A DNA stretch of 38,458 nucleotides from an uncultured Desulfobacteraceae bacterium (GTDB lineage Bacteria; Desulfobacterota; DSM-4660; Desulfatiglandales; B25-G16), in NCBI GenBank assembly GCA_964436665.1, contig CAYTDY010000003.1:1-38458 (forward strand). Reading direction: 5' to 3'. Under the pieces are notes generated by a model. The model made no database searches and was not told the origin of the DNA. It worked only from the letters and a program-made list of their open reading frames with translations. Below, one piece after another: positions 18,449 to 27,530 of this stretch. A program made the position numbers and the translations under genes. Within the stretch, counting starts at the first letter, position 1. Each line of letters starts with the position of its first letter.

Positions 18449-18480
18449 GTACACCTCCATAAATTGTTTTTTAAGTAACC

Positions 18481-19227
18481 TTACATATAAAGACCACCAT
18501 TTACATGAATAACCTGTCCTGTTATATAATTTGAACTAGCAGAAGCCAACCAATAAACCGTTTCGGCCACCTCATCAGGTTCTCCAATCCTGCCCATAGG
18601 AATCTGGGCAAAAAAGGCCTTCTTTGCCTTATCAGGAAGGTTTTCTGTCATCTCTGTCTTGATAAAACCTGGTGCTACTGCATTAACTGTAATACCTCTG
18701 GTAGCCAATTCCCGTGCAATACTCTTTGTGAAACCCATTATGCCTGCCTTGGAGGCCGCATAATTTGACTGGCCAATATTTCCAATCTGTCCAACGACAG
18801 ATGAAATATTTACAATCTTTCCACTTCTCTCTTTTATCATTGATCGCATCACTGCCTTAGTACAATTAAAGACTCCTTTAAGGTTAACCAGGAGGGCCTG
18901 GTCCCATTGATTTTCAGACATTCTTATCAGAAATGCGTCTCTTGCCACCCCGGCATTATTAACCAATACATCTACCCTTTGAAACTCCCTTAATACTTCC
19001 TGAAAAAATTCTTCAACAGCGCCAAATGAAGAGACGTCGAGCCTCTTTGATTTCGCCTCCACATCCATTTCATCAAGAAGTTCTAATGTCTCATTTGCTT
19101 TAAGGTCATCAGGGTCATAGTGAACAAATATAATCCTCGCCCCCTCTCTGGCAAATCTGAGACAAATTGCCCTGCCAATTCCCTTAGAACCCCCAGTCAC
19201 AACCACTATCCTTCTTTGTTTAGACAA
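18481..19227 (-). CDS. fabG: 3-oxoacyl-ACP reductase
   Basis: 248 aa short-chain dehydrogenase/reductase with [12 protein letters not shown] and YAASKAG, located in the fab cluster. Confidence 0.9.
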   Translation of the reverse strand: MSKQRRIVVVTGGSKGIGRAICLRFAREGARIIFVHYDPDDLKANETLELLDEMDVEAKSKRLDVSSFGAVEEFFQEVLREFQRVDVLVNNAGVARDAFLIRMSENQWDQALLVNLKGVFNCTKAVMRSMIKERSGKIVNISSVVGQIGNIGQSNYAASKAGIMGFTKSIARELATRGITVNAVAPGFIKTEMTENLPDKAKKAFFAQIPMGRIGEPDEVAETVYWLASASSNYITGQVIHVNGGLYM

Positions 19228-19281
19228 TTTTTTCCCTCTGTCATTGAAATGGCATCAATTTCGTTAAAGGCCTTTCTCTTG

Positions 19282-19414
19282 GAGACCTTTGAAAAATTAT
19301 CTTACATGTCATTGCGAGGAGCGAAGCGACGTGGCAATCTTTTATATTTTCAATGAGTTAGAGATTGCTTCACATTCGTTCGCAATGACAGAGCGGCCAT
19401 TTTTCAAAGGTCTC
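19282..19414 (+). mobile_element. 133-bp MITE, family C, copy 1
   Basis: Perfect 16-bp terminal inverted repeats GAGACCTTTGAAAAAT / ATTTTTCAAAGGTCTC. An internal imperfect hairpin pairs GTCATTGCGAGGAGCGAAGCGACGTGGCAATC with GATTGCTTCACATTCGTTCGCAATGAC. It differs at 4 of 133 positions from 29291-29423. The flanks are TCTTG and TCTTA. Confidence 0.8.
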
Positions 19415-19416
19415 TC

Positions 19417-19611
19417 TTAAAATTTAGCCATCCATTGTTCCAGCCTCTCTTGAATATGATTATTGACAAAATCTGTAGCTATTCTAATTGCATTCTTTAT
19501 AGCCTTAGAGGAAAAACCGCCATGACATATAATCCCAACCCCTTTAACCCCTAAAAGAAGAGTTCCTTGAACGATAACTCCGGGGGCATGGTCTCCTCCC
19601 ATTGCATCCAC
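19417..19611 (-). pseudogene. plsX: plsX remnant: in-frame fusion of the PlsX N-terminal and C-terminal motifs with ~240 internal codons missing
   Basis: The 64-codon ORF reads (NLNIAV)DAMGGDHAPGVIVQG, the PlsX N-terminus, joined directly to LLLGVKGVGIICHGGFSSKAIKNAIRIA, the PlsX C-terminal LLG..G..I..HG......NAI..A motif. It sits in the canonical position after yceD-rpmF. Confidence 0.6.
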
Positions 19612-19624
19612 AGCTATGTTCAGA

Positions 19625-19807
19625 TTAACCCTCTTCTTTTTTGATTACTGTTTTCCCCTTATAGGTACCACAGTTCATGCAAACATGATGGGGCAGGATG
19701 GGTTCGTGACATTGAGGGCAAAATGAGATATTTGGCATTTTTATATGATGATGGGATCTCCCCATATCCCTTCTTGATTTTGATTTTTTCCTCTTAGGTA
19801 CAGGCAT
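19625..19807 (-). CDS. rpmF: 50S ribosomal protein L32
   Basis: 60 aa. Has the N-terminus [14 protein letters not shown] and the CPQC...CMNCG zinc ribbon. Confidence 0.92.
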   Translation of the reverse strand: MPVPKRKKSKSRRDMGRSHHHIKMPNISFCPQCHEPILPHHVCMNCGTYKGKTVIKKEEG

Positions 19808-19879
19808 AATGAAATTTCCTTAATTTGGTCATTTGTTATTGGTTATTATTCACAATTCCTTCCAATGGACAACTGACAA

Positions 19880-20386
19880 TTATCCATTGACATTACCAAA
19901 TGTTTCATATCTTGATGAACATGAACAGCTTGTCATATTCAAATTACAGCCACATATGGGGCAGAGCCCCTTACAGTCTTTAGTGCATAGAATCTTCATA
20001 GGCAAATTAAGGATAAGCTGCTCTTTTATTATCTGATCAGAGTCCAAAAACTTACCATCAATGAAATCGAAATTAAGATCATCTTCTGATAGTTCAACAT
20101 CTAATTCTTCCTTAAATTGAAACATTGATAAATATATCCTAAAATCTGTTGATAAATCCCAGGTATAGGGTTCAAGGCATCTATCACATGTCAAAAGCAA
20201 TCTGGCAGATAAAAAACCTTCTAATACAATCTTTTTGCCAGCTGGGTATATCTTCATCCATGCAGAAAGGGGGCTTTCAAGCCCCATGATCCGATCCTCA
20301 TCAAAATCCGGTCTCCACCAATCGGGTGTAAATCTAAAATTTATTTTTTTACCCTCTGGAGGGATGTTTGTCAAATCGATTTTCAT
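19880..20386 (-). CDS. yceD: YceD/DUF177 family protein (large-subunit ribosomal RNA accumulation protein)
   Basis: 168 aa. The C-terminus has the Cys cluster CTKDCKGLCPICGCNLN typical of DUF177, and the gene lies immediately upstream of rpmF. Confidence 0.8.
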   Translation of the reverse strand: MKIDLTNIPPEGKKINFRFTPDWWRPDFDEDRIMGLESPLSAWMKIYPAGKKIVLEGFLSARLLLTCDRCLEPYTWDLSTDFRIYLSMFQFKEELDVELSEDDLNFDFIDGKFLDSDQIIKEQLILNLPMKILCTKDCKGLCPICGCNLNMTSCSCSSRYETFGNVNG

Positions 20387-20535
20387 TTAGAACTCAAAAT
20401 TATTAACCAGGGAATATAAATATCTTTAAATAACTAAGGTTTGCTTTTATAGCCAGTGCTTCTTTTTGTCAAGAAAATTTCCTCCCCTTACTCCACTTGA
20501 ATTGCTGAATAGAAAGTAGTAAGATACAAGGCAAA

Positions 20536-21126
20536 ATGAAAACAAAACAAATATTTGAGGTCTATAATAGGTTAAAGAATAGGCCAATTGATATAGATAA
20601 GTATTGTCCCAGATGTGGTGCAATATGTGATCTAATATCCTCTGATAGGCATAGCAGGGTGAGGTGCTCAAGGTGCGGCTTTATTTTATATAAAAATCCA
20701 TACCCAGGGGTAGTGGTTTTAATTGTTGATGATGATATGATATTATTAGGGAAAAGGGCCAAAAAGGTCTTTATGGGAGAAAAATGGAGTCTCCCTGGCG
20801 GATTTATCGAGTTTGATGAAAATTTCTTATCCGCAGCCCATAGAGAAATAATGGAGGAAACTAATCTTTCAATAAAAATCATCTCCATTATCAGTGTTGT
20901 CTCTAATTTTCTCTCACCTGAATTACATACCTTAGTCATTGTGCTGCTGGCAAAAAAAATCAGCGGCATGTTAAGACCAGGCGATGATATGGAGAAATTA
21001 GAATGGTTCCCGCTTTCTGGACGTTTTCCTGATATGGCATTCGAAGCAGATAAACATATAATTAACAGATATTATAAAACAAAAATAGCCGGCACACCAA
21101 TAGACCCTCGGTTTGCTTCCCTCTGA
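20536..21126 (+). CDS. NUDIX hydrolase with N-terminal zinc ribbon (NudC-like architecture)
   Basis: 196 aa. Has the CPRCG...CSRCG ribbon and the Nudix box GGFIEFDENFLSAAHREIMEETNL. Confidence 0.8.
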   Translation: MKTKQIFEVYNRLKNRPIDIDKYCPRCGAICDLISSDRHSRVRCSRCGFILYKNPYPGVVVLIVDDDMILLGKRAKKVFMGEKWSLPGGFIEFDENFLSAAHREIMEETNLSIKIISIISVVSNFLSPELHTLVIVLLAKKISGMLRPGDDMEKLEWFPLSGRFPDMAFEADKHIINRYYKTKIAGTPIDPRFASL

Positions 21127-21251
21127 AAGAAAGGTAAGCATACAGCAGTGTTTGTCGGGATAGGGCCAATTCCATCAAGGCGATATCTTAAGAAACAGTT
21201 CCAGCCCCTATTTGGGATGAATGCATAAAAGAAAAATAAGAGAATATCACT

Positions 21252-22472
21252 ATGGATTGCGAAATAGTAACTATCGGTAGTGAACTTTTACTTGGCCGCA
21301 TAATAGATACTAATGCATCTTATCTCTCCCGCAAGCTAAATCTTATCGGACTTAACATAGCCTTTCACACTACCGTAGGAGACAATTATACTCAAATAAA
21401 AGATATTCTCTCTCATGCATTGGAGAGAACCAGTCTCGTTATTACTACAGGTGGCCTTGGGCCCACAGAAGATGACCTGACAAGAGAGGTGATAGCTGAT
21501 CTTGTAGGTTCTCCACTTATATTCAAAGAAGAATTGATGGAACAGATCGAATCTATTTTTAAACATTTCAGTTACAAAATGTCAGAAAACAATAAAAAAC
21601 AGGCCTTTATACCTGATGGGTCCATCCCAATTCCCAATGAAGTAGGAACAGCTCCCGGATTTATTATTGAGAGGGAATCAAAGTTAATTATTGCACTTCC
21701 TGGCGTACCAAAAGAGCTAAAACACCTCCTAAACAAGGAGGTAGTCCCTTACCTGAAGAAACATTTTAACCTTAATAAGGAATTGATTACCTCCAGTGTC
21801 CTAAAGGTAACTGGTATAGGTGAAAGTAAGGTAGATAGCCAGATAAAAGATCTTATTGACGCTAACAACAATCCAACTGTTGGTCTTCTGGCATCACCAG
21901 GTGATATATCTATCAGTATAACGGCCAATGCAAAAAATGCAAAGGAGGCTGAGAAGCTTATCCGACCAATCGAGCAAGAGATCAGATCACGTCTGGGAAT
22001 TAATATATATGGCGTTGATGAAGATACCCTCGATGGGGTTGTTGCCTCCCTTCTAAATAAAAGAGGAGACACCTTGAGTGTTATAGAGACCTTTTCAGGG
22101 GGAACGCTAACGGCGAGACTTCAAAGGTCACCATCATCCCCTCTTAAGGAAAGTATTATATTAGGAAAAAGAGAACAGATTATCTCTTTTTTAAATAAAA
22201 AAAGTTCTACTATTGAGATCACCAAAGAGACAGCTGAGGCGCTTGCCAAAAAAATAAAAAATGTAGGAAATAGTTCAATTGGTTTAGCTGTTTTAGGAAC
22301 ATTAAACAAAACTCAAAAGGCTTACGAGGTTGATGCTCACGTGGTAGTTTCCGGTAAAGATGTCAATGGGAACTATGCCTGGAAAATGGGTGGCGATATT
22401 CCTACCCTTCAGAGCAGGGGGGCAATAATAGCTTTGAATACTCTGAGGTTAGCCCTAATTTCAGCACCATAG
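21252..22472 (+). CDS. cinA: CinA family protein (MoCF-type N-domain plus PncC-like C-domain)
   Basis: 406 aa. The N-terminal motifs EIVTIGSELLLGRIIDTNASYLSRKL and TTGGLGPTEDDLT are typical of CinA. Confidence 0.85.
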   Translation: MDCEIVTIGSELLLGRIIDTNASYLSRKLNLIGLNIAFHTTVGDNYTQIKDILSHALERTSLVITTGGLGPTEDDLTREVIADLVGSPLIFKEELMEQIESIFKHFSYKMSENNKKQAFIPDGSIPIPNEVGTAPGFIIERESKLIIALPGVPKELKHLLNKEVVPYLKKHFNLNKELITSSVLKVTGIGESKVDSQIKDLIDANNNPTVGLLASPGDISISITANAKNAKEAEKLIRPIEQEIRSRLGINIYGVDEDTLDGVVASLLNKRGDTLSVIETFSGGTLTARLQRSPSSPLKESIILGKREQIISFLNKKSSTIEITKETAEALAKKIKNVGNSSIGLAVLGTLNKTQKAYEVDAHVVVSGKDVNGNYAWKMGGDIPTLQSRGAIIALNTLRLALISAP

Positions 22473-22482
22473 TTCTCAAGTC

Positions 22483-22574
22483 AGTTCGCTCTGCTCACAA
22501 TTAGAATGTTTGAATACTGGAATCATGGAATGATGGGTTCTGGAAAAATGGGGTGTTGGTATATTGCAAAAATT
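22483..22574. repeat. Dispersed intergenic repeat, family A, copy 2
   Basis: AGTTCGCTCTGCTCACAATTAGAATGTTTGAATACTGGAATCATGGAATGATGGGTTCT... is in the same orientation as 567-658 and similar to it. Confidence 0.7.
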
Positions 22575-22643
22575 TATCATAATATGTAAACAAATAATAT
22601 TAATGGATGAGAAATTTCCTATAGAGTTTCAAGAATTAAATTG

Positions 22644-22750
22644 GGACGCAGATTTTCGCCGATATCCGCAGATAATTATTATATTAGCTCTTTTTATTTA
22701 TGCGCCTCAGGCGCATTAAAAATCTTTACAATCTGCGTTTATCTGCGTCC
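22644..22750. repeat. 107-bp imperfect palindromic element
   Basis: The outer inverted repeat is GGACGCAGAT (22644-22653) / ATCTGCGTCC (22741-22750). Inner CGCAGAT words are repeated, and the central palindrome ATGCGCCTCAGGCGCAT lies at 22700-22716. Confidence 0.6.
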
Positions 22751-22847
22751 AAAAAAATAAATTCCTATACTATCAAGCTTCAAACTCAGGAGTTAATAAC
22801 TATTAACGAGTAACTAATAACAAATAACTAATAACGAGGTGATCAAA

Positions 22848-23651
22848 ATGATACGTCAACCAGCAGTAGCAAGTCAATTTTATCCAGGAATTGAATCGGA
22901 TCTTAAAAAAGACGTTTCCGGCAGGATTAAAGAAGGACAAAAAAAGGAAAAGGTACTGGCCTTAGTATCTCCCCATGCCGGTTTCATTTACTCAGGAAAT
23001 GTTGCCGGGGCAGTCTATTCTCAGGCCGAGATTACCAAGGATGTAATAGTTATGGGCCCGAATCACCATGGCCTTGGAGCACCATTCGCTGTTATGGCAC
23101 AAGGTATTTGGAAGATGCCAGGGGGTGATATTACCATAAATGAAAAACTGGCCAATCTTCTGATCGAAGAATCCAATTTGTTAAGCGCTGATAATCAGGC
23201 CCATATCCAGGAGCACTCCGTTGAAGTGCAATTACCATTTATTCAATACATCAAGCCTGACGTTGAATTTATTCCTGTTGTTCTTGACAGAGCTGACTTT
23301 AAAACATGTGAAGAAATAGGTATGGCCATGGCCAGGGCTATAAAGAGGTATGGCAAGCCTGTTGTCATTATAGCCAGTACTGACATGACCCACTATGAAT
23401 CTCAAGAAAGCGCCAAGAAAAAGGACCAATTAGCAATAGATCAGATTCTCTCTCTTGATCCAGCCGGCCTCTTAGATACAGTTAACAAGAATAATATATC
23501 TATGTGCGGTGTAGTCCCAACGACAATAACCCTTGTGGCAGCTAAGGAACTTGGTGCAACTAAGGCAAGCTTAATAGCCTATGCCACATCAGGAGATGTA
23601 AGTGGGGATTATAGCTACGTTGTAGGCTATGCTGGATTTATCATCCAGTAA
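22848..23651 (+). CDS. AmmeMemoRadiSam system protein B (Memo-like)
   Basis: The ATG at 22848 is preceded by GAGGTGAT. MIRQPAVASQFYPG...SPHAGFIYSG...TDMTHYE are the Memo family hallmarks. No AMMECR1 partner or dedicated radical-SAM partner is adjacent. Confidence 0.85.
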   Translation: MIRQPAVASQFYPGIESDLKKDVSGRIKEGQKKEKVLALVSPHAGFIYSGNVAGAVYSQAEITKDVIVMGPNHHGLGAPFAVMAQGIWKMPGGDITINEKLANLLIEESNLLSADNQAHIQEHSVEVQLPFIQYIKPDVEFIPVVLDRADFKTCEEIGMAMARAIKRYGKPVVIIASTDMTHYESQESAKKKDQLAIDQILSLDPAGLLDTVNKNNISMCGVVPTTITLVAAKELGATKASLIAYATSGDVSGDYSYVVGYAGFIIQ

Positions 23652-23672
23652 TTACTATCGTACAAACTTTAG

Positions 23673-24584
23673 TCAAAGCATTGCTGCTTGATAGAGTTCT
23701 CTTGCATGATAAGAGCTCCGCACAAACGGTCCGCTGGCAACTTTAGAAAAACCCATTTTAAGAGCATTCTCCCTCCAGCTATCAAACTCTTCGGGATGTA
23801 TAAAGCGTTCAACCTGTAAGTATTTACGTGTGGGCTGAAGATATTGACCAAGTGTCAGGATGCTGCAGCCTACGTCAAGAAGGTCCTCCAGCGTTTTTTC
23901 AACTTCTTCGGGAAATTCTCCTAATCCGAGCATAAGACCTGACTTTGTGGGAATAGTGGGGTCAAAATTTTTTGCCTTCTTTAGTAATTCAAGTGAGCGA
24001 CTGTACACAGCCTCTGGCCGAACCGAATTATAAAGACGGGGGACGGTTTCAAGATTATGGTTCAAAACATCTGGATGAGCATTTATAACTGCATGAAGAG
24101 CATCTATATTCCCCTGAAAATCCGGTATCAAAATCTCCACAAGGGCTTTGGGCATCCTTTTGCGAATCTCTTTAATTGTTTCTGCAAAAAAACTTGCTCC
24201 TCCATCAGGGAGATCGTCCCGTGTGACAGAGGTGATGACTACATAGCACAACCCCATGCTTTGTGCAGCTTCGGCTACCCTGGCCGGTTCTCCAGGATCT
24301 GGCGAGCCTGGCTGTCTGTGTTCCACTGCGCAGAAACGGCAATTGCGGGTGCAATAAGGCCCCATAATCAGGAATGTTGAAGTCTGATGGGAAAAACACT
24401 CCCAGATGTTGGGACATTTGGCTTCCTCGCACACTGTGTGAAGCCGGCTTTTTTTTAGCAGATTCCTGACTTTTTCATATGTGGTCCCCGTTGGAAAACG
24501 CCGCTTTAGCCAGTGTGGCTTACCGCCCCGCGTTTTCTGTTGGAGGTTATGATTCATGTAGGCGTTCACAGGTTCAGATTTCAC
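23673..24584 (-). CDS. lipA: Lipoyl synthase
   Basis: 303 aa. Has the auxiliary cluster CEEAKCPNIWEC and the radical-SAM cluster CTRNCRFCAV, plus the C-terminal motif RSSY. Confidence 0.95.
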   Translation of the reverse strand: MKSEPVNAYMNHNLQQKTRGGKPHWLKRRFPTGTTYEKVRNLLKKSRLHTVCEEAKCPNIWECFSHQTSTFLIMGPYCTRNCRFCAVEHRQPGSPDPGEPARVAEAAQSMGLCYVVITSVTRDDLPDGGASFFAETIKEIRKRMPKALVEILIPDFQGNIDALHAVINAHPDVLNHNLETVPRLYNSVRPEAVYSRSLELLKKAKNFDPTIPTKSGLMLGLGEFPEEVEKTLEDLLDVGCSILTLGQYLQPTRKYLQVERFIHPEEFDSWRENALKMGFSKVASGPFVRSSYHARELYQAAML

Positions 24585-24703
24585 CGTTCAGGGTTACCTT
24601 TCAAAACTCACGAATTAGCGGTTCAGACCTGCCCGCCGGATGGCAGGCGGGTTTTCGGTGAACCCTGAACCTCTGAACCCGTGAACGGTTGTTGATTCAT
24701 CAA

Positions 24704-25474
24704 TTAAAAATCTTCAATCTTCAATTCCTTCAGGTCTATCATAACAAGCTCAACCCCAAAAATCGCTTTGATGTGATGCTTTACAGTCTCGCGGACTTTG
24801 CTCATGGATACTTTATGTGAGAGTTCCCGCTCAATGGAGGTCATCCCTATATCTTGAAGACCGCAGGGTTTTATCCATCCAAAAGGTTTCAGTGAAAGAC
24901 TGACATTAAATGCAATGCCATGGAAACAAATTCCATGGCGAATCGCTATCCCGATGCTCCCCAGTTTATTGTTGCCGACCCAGACTCCCCTGTTTATGGG
25001 ATTTCGTTCAGCCATTATTCCCTGGTCCGCAGCCGTCCTTATCATAACTTCTTCCAAATTGTCGACATAATCCGTTACCCCTAACCTGGATGTTCTCATG
25101 TCAATGATAGGGTAAACAACAAGCTGTCCTGGTCCGTGAAAGGTAATGTTGCCTCCCCTTTCTACTTGAATCACTGGAATTCCTGCTTTTTCCAGAAAAT
25201 CCTCAGACACAGTTAAATTATTCAACCCGCCCCTGCGGCCAAGAGTGAAAACAGGTAGGTGTTCCAAGAATAAAACAATATCCGTATCAATAATTCGATC
25301 TTTTCTTGCAGCTACAAGACTACATTGCAAATCCCATGCTTTAGCATATTCGATCGTTGATAGTTCTATATAAAGCCATTTTCTATTTCTATGGATAGAT
25401 TTATTATTACAGTACTTCAATGCGGAGTCTTTGTAATTGAATGGTGGAATCCTTCTTTTGTTCTTATGGGACAC
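24704..25474 (-). CDS. lipB: Octanoyl/lipoyl-(ACP):protein transferase
   Basis: 256 aa with EHLPVFTLGRRG, RGGNITFHGPGQLVVYPI and KLGSIGI. The GTG start lies 3 nt after the fdhA-like stop. The ~30-aa N-terminal extension is uncertain. Confidence 0.85.
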   Translation of the reverse strand: MSHKNKRRIPPFNYKDSALKYCNNKSIHRNRKWLYIELSTIEYAKAWDLQCSLVAARKDRIIDTDIVLFLEHLPVFTLGRRGGLNNLTVSEDFLEKAGIPVIQVERGGNITFHGPGQLVVYPIIDMRTSRLGVTDYVDNLEEVMIRTAADQGIMAERNPINRGVWVGNNKLGSIGIAIRHGICFHGIAFNVSLSLKPFGWIKPCGLQDIGMTSIERELSHKVSMSKVRETVKHHIKAIFGVELVMIDLKELKIEDF

Positions 25475-25477
25475 TAA

Positions 25478-27520
25478 TTATGGCTCTACACGCACTGCGC
25501 AAATTTTAAGCTCTGGAATCCCGGATTTAGTATCAAGCTCTTGCATAGTCAAGACGTTTGCCGAGGCCTCTGCAAAATGGATAGGGATGAAGAGTATATT
25601 TCGAGGAATAGTCTCCTTTATATGAGCTTTTACGTTTATGAAACCCCGTCTGGACTGTACCTTGATGATTTGCCCTTCTTGCACCCCAAGAAGAGACGCA
25701 TCTCGAGGGTTGATTTCAATATAGGCTTCATCCAACAGTGCTTGAAGGGTAGGAGACCGCCTCGTCATAGTACCAGTATGGAAGTGAAACAGAGTCCGAC
25801 CTGTTATCAAAACCATGGGATAATGTTTATCAGGTACCTCTGGTGGTGGATTATAATGTACAGGCACTAAAAGTCCTTTTCCGCGCGAAAACTGCTTCTC
25901 ATGAAGAAACTGTGTACCAGGATGACCCACCTCAGGACAAGGCCATTGAATTCCATTATCTCCCAAACAATTGTAGGACATTCCCCTGTAAATGGGTGTA
26001 ACTTGTGAAATTTCGCGGAAAACCTCCTCTGATGTTCTCCAATTCATCCCGTTGTAGCCCATACGACGGGATAGTTCCCCTATGGCTTGCCACTCTTGCT
26101 TGGCTCTTCCCAAAGGCTTAATGGCTTTATGAACCATTTGTACGCGCCGCTCTGTCGAAGTGAAGGTTCCATCTTTTTCGGCAAAGCTAACCCCAGGGAG
26201 GACTACATGAGCAAATGAAGCAGTTTCATTTAGAAAAATATCATGAACAACAAGTAAATCCAGCTGTTCTAACGCCTGAGAAATCTGTAGTGAATTTGGC
26301 ATTGAAAGAGCAGGGTTTTCTCCCATAATATACATCCAATGGATCTTCCCATTTAGAATCCCATTAAACATTTCGCACATGGTAACCCCAACTTCTCGTG
26401 GTAGCTGAGTTGTTGACCAAGTTTTCTGGAAAAACTTGTGAATAGAGGGATCGCTCACCCCCTGGTATCCAGGGAATACATCAGGAAGACACCCCACATC
26501 GCAAGTGCCCTGAACATTGTTTTGTCCTCTCAGAGGGTTCACACCAGTAGATCGCCGCCCGACGTTTCCCGTGATTAGCGCCAGATTAGTCAAGGCCAAC
26601 ACCGTGTCCGTTCCGGTAGCATGCTGAGTGACTCCCATGCCATACACTATGGATACCCTTTTGGCGTGGCCAAGAAGGCGAGCGGCCTTGACAATTTCTT
26701 TAGGCGGGACCCCAGTAATCTTTGATACACTTTCAGGAGTATAATCGATAATACTTTTTGCCAAGTCATCAAATCCCTCTACACGCTTTATGATGAAGTC
26801 CCGGTCTTCCATCCGCTCCTTTAGAATTATATGAATGAAGCCATTGATCAAAGCAATGTCGCTACCAGGATAAGGCTGGAGATACATATGACTGCATCCC
26901 GCTAAATCAATCCGGCGAGGATCAATTAAGATCAAAGTGCGATCCTTGTCCAGAATAGCCCTCAAAATTCTCCGACTGATGAGAGGATGCTGTTCAGTAG
27001 TGTTGGAGCCTATAATTAATAACACGTCCGCATCTTCCAGCTCCTCTATGCTATTAGTCATAGCCCCGCTGCCGAACGCAGTTGTCAGGCCGGTCATTGT
27101 GGAAGCGTGGCAAAGCCGGGCACAATTATCGATGTTAGACGTCTTCGCTACAGCTCTCCCAAACTTTTGAAGTGCGTAGTTATCCTCATTCGAGCACTTG
27201 GCTGATCCTATAAGACTTACGGCATGCGGACCATGCTTTTCCAAGACATGCAATAAACTCCTTCTAATCCAGTTTAAGGCTTCGTCCCAGCTGACAGTTC
27301 GGAAGGGCTGGGATCGGTCCTCTCTCAATAATGGTTGCTTCAACCTGTCATTATGTTCAATGAACTCATGAGCGCTCCATCCCTTGATGCAAAGCTTTCC
27401 CTGATTGACCCCTTTATCGCTGGGGTATACTCCTTCAATATGATGTTGATCATTCACTCTAAGAACTATGCGGCAGCCTACACCACAGAATGGGCAAATT
27501 GTTTCCACATCTTTGAACAT
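25478..27520 (-). CDS. fdhA: Formate dehydrogenase catalytic (alpha) subunit, FdhF/FdhH-like, cytoplasmic, Cys-type molybdo/tungstopterin enzyme
   Basis: 680 aa, colinear with E. coli FdhF as I recall it. It has the N-terminal CPFCGVGCRI...C 4Fe-4S motif, CARLCHAS (Cys-His where Sec-His sits in FdhF CARVUHGP) and the conserved VNPLRGQNNVQG Arg. There is no twin-arginine signal and no in-frame TGA. AAGGAA lies 7 nt upstream of the ATG. Confidence 0.85.
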   Translation of the reverse strand: MFKDVETICPFCGVGCRIVLRVNDQHHIEGVYPSDKGVNQGKLCIKGWSAHEFIEHNDRLKQPLLREDRSQPFRTVSWDEALNWIRRSLLHVLEKHGPHAVSLIGSAKCSNEDNYALQKFGRAVAKTSNIDNCARLCHASTMTGLTTAFGSGAMTNSIEELEDADVLLIIGSNTTEQHPLISRRILRAILDKDRTLILIDPRRIDLAGCSHMYLQPYPGSDIALINGFIHIILKERMEDRDFIIKRVEGFDDLAKSIIDYTPESVSKITGVPPKEIVKAARLLGHAKRVSIVYGMGVTQHATGTDTVLALTNLALITGNVGRRSTGVNPLRGQNNVQGTCDVGCLPDVFPGYQGVSDPSIHKFFQKTWSTTQLPREVGVTMCEMFNGILNGKIHWMYIMGENPALSMPNSLQISQALEQLDLLVVHDIFLNETASFAHVVLPGVSFAEKDGTFTSTERRVQMVHKAIKPLGRAKQEWQAIGELSRRMGYNGMNWRTSEEVFREISQVTPIYRGMSYNCLGDNGIQWPCPEVGHPGTQFLHEKQFSRGKGLLVPVHYNPPPEVPDKHYPMVLITGRTLFHFHTGTMTRRSPTLQALLDEAYIEINPRDASLLGVQEGQIIKVQSRRGFINVKAHIKETIPRNILFIPIHFAEASANVLTMQELDTKSGIPELKICAVRVEP

Positions 27521-27530
27521 TTCAAGTTCC

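Noticed and set aside
19120-19356. 78-aa ORF here and an 81-aa ORF at 29298-29543 with similar peptide segments (SLRGAKRRGNL / HCEERSDVAIF)
   Set aside because: Both are read-throughs of the family C MITE copies in different frames. The similarity is at the DNA-repeat level, not a protein family.
24479-24661. 60-aa plus-strand ORF and a CCCGCC...GGCGGG hairpin in the 119-nt lipB-lipA spacer
   Set aside because: The ORF overlaps the lipA 5' end antisense and translates GTTCAG/GAACC stutter words. The hairpin has alternative imperfect pairings and no U-tract on the transcribed (minus) strand, so it is not a convincing terminator.
25478-27520. Selenocysteine recoding or periplasmic (Tat) export of the formate dehydrogenase
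   Set aside because: The frame is uninterrupted, with Cys at the Sec position (CARLCHAS). The N-terminus goes straight into the CxxCxxxC cluster motif without an RR signal.
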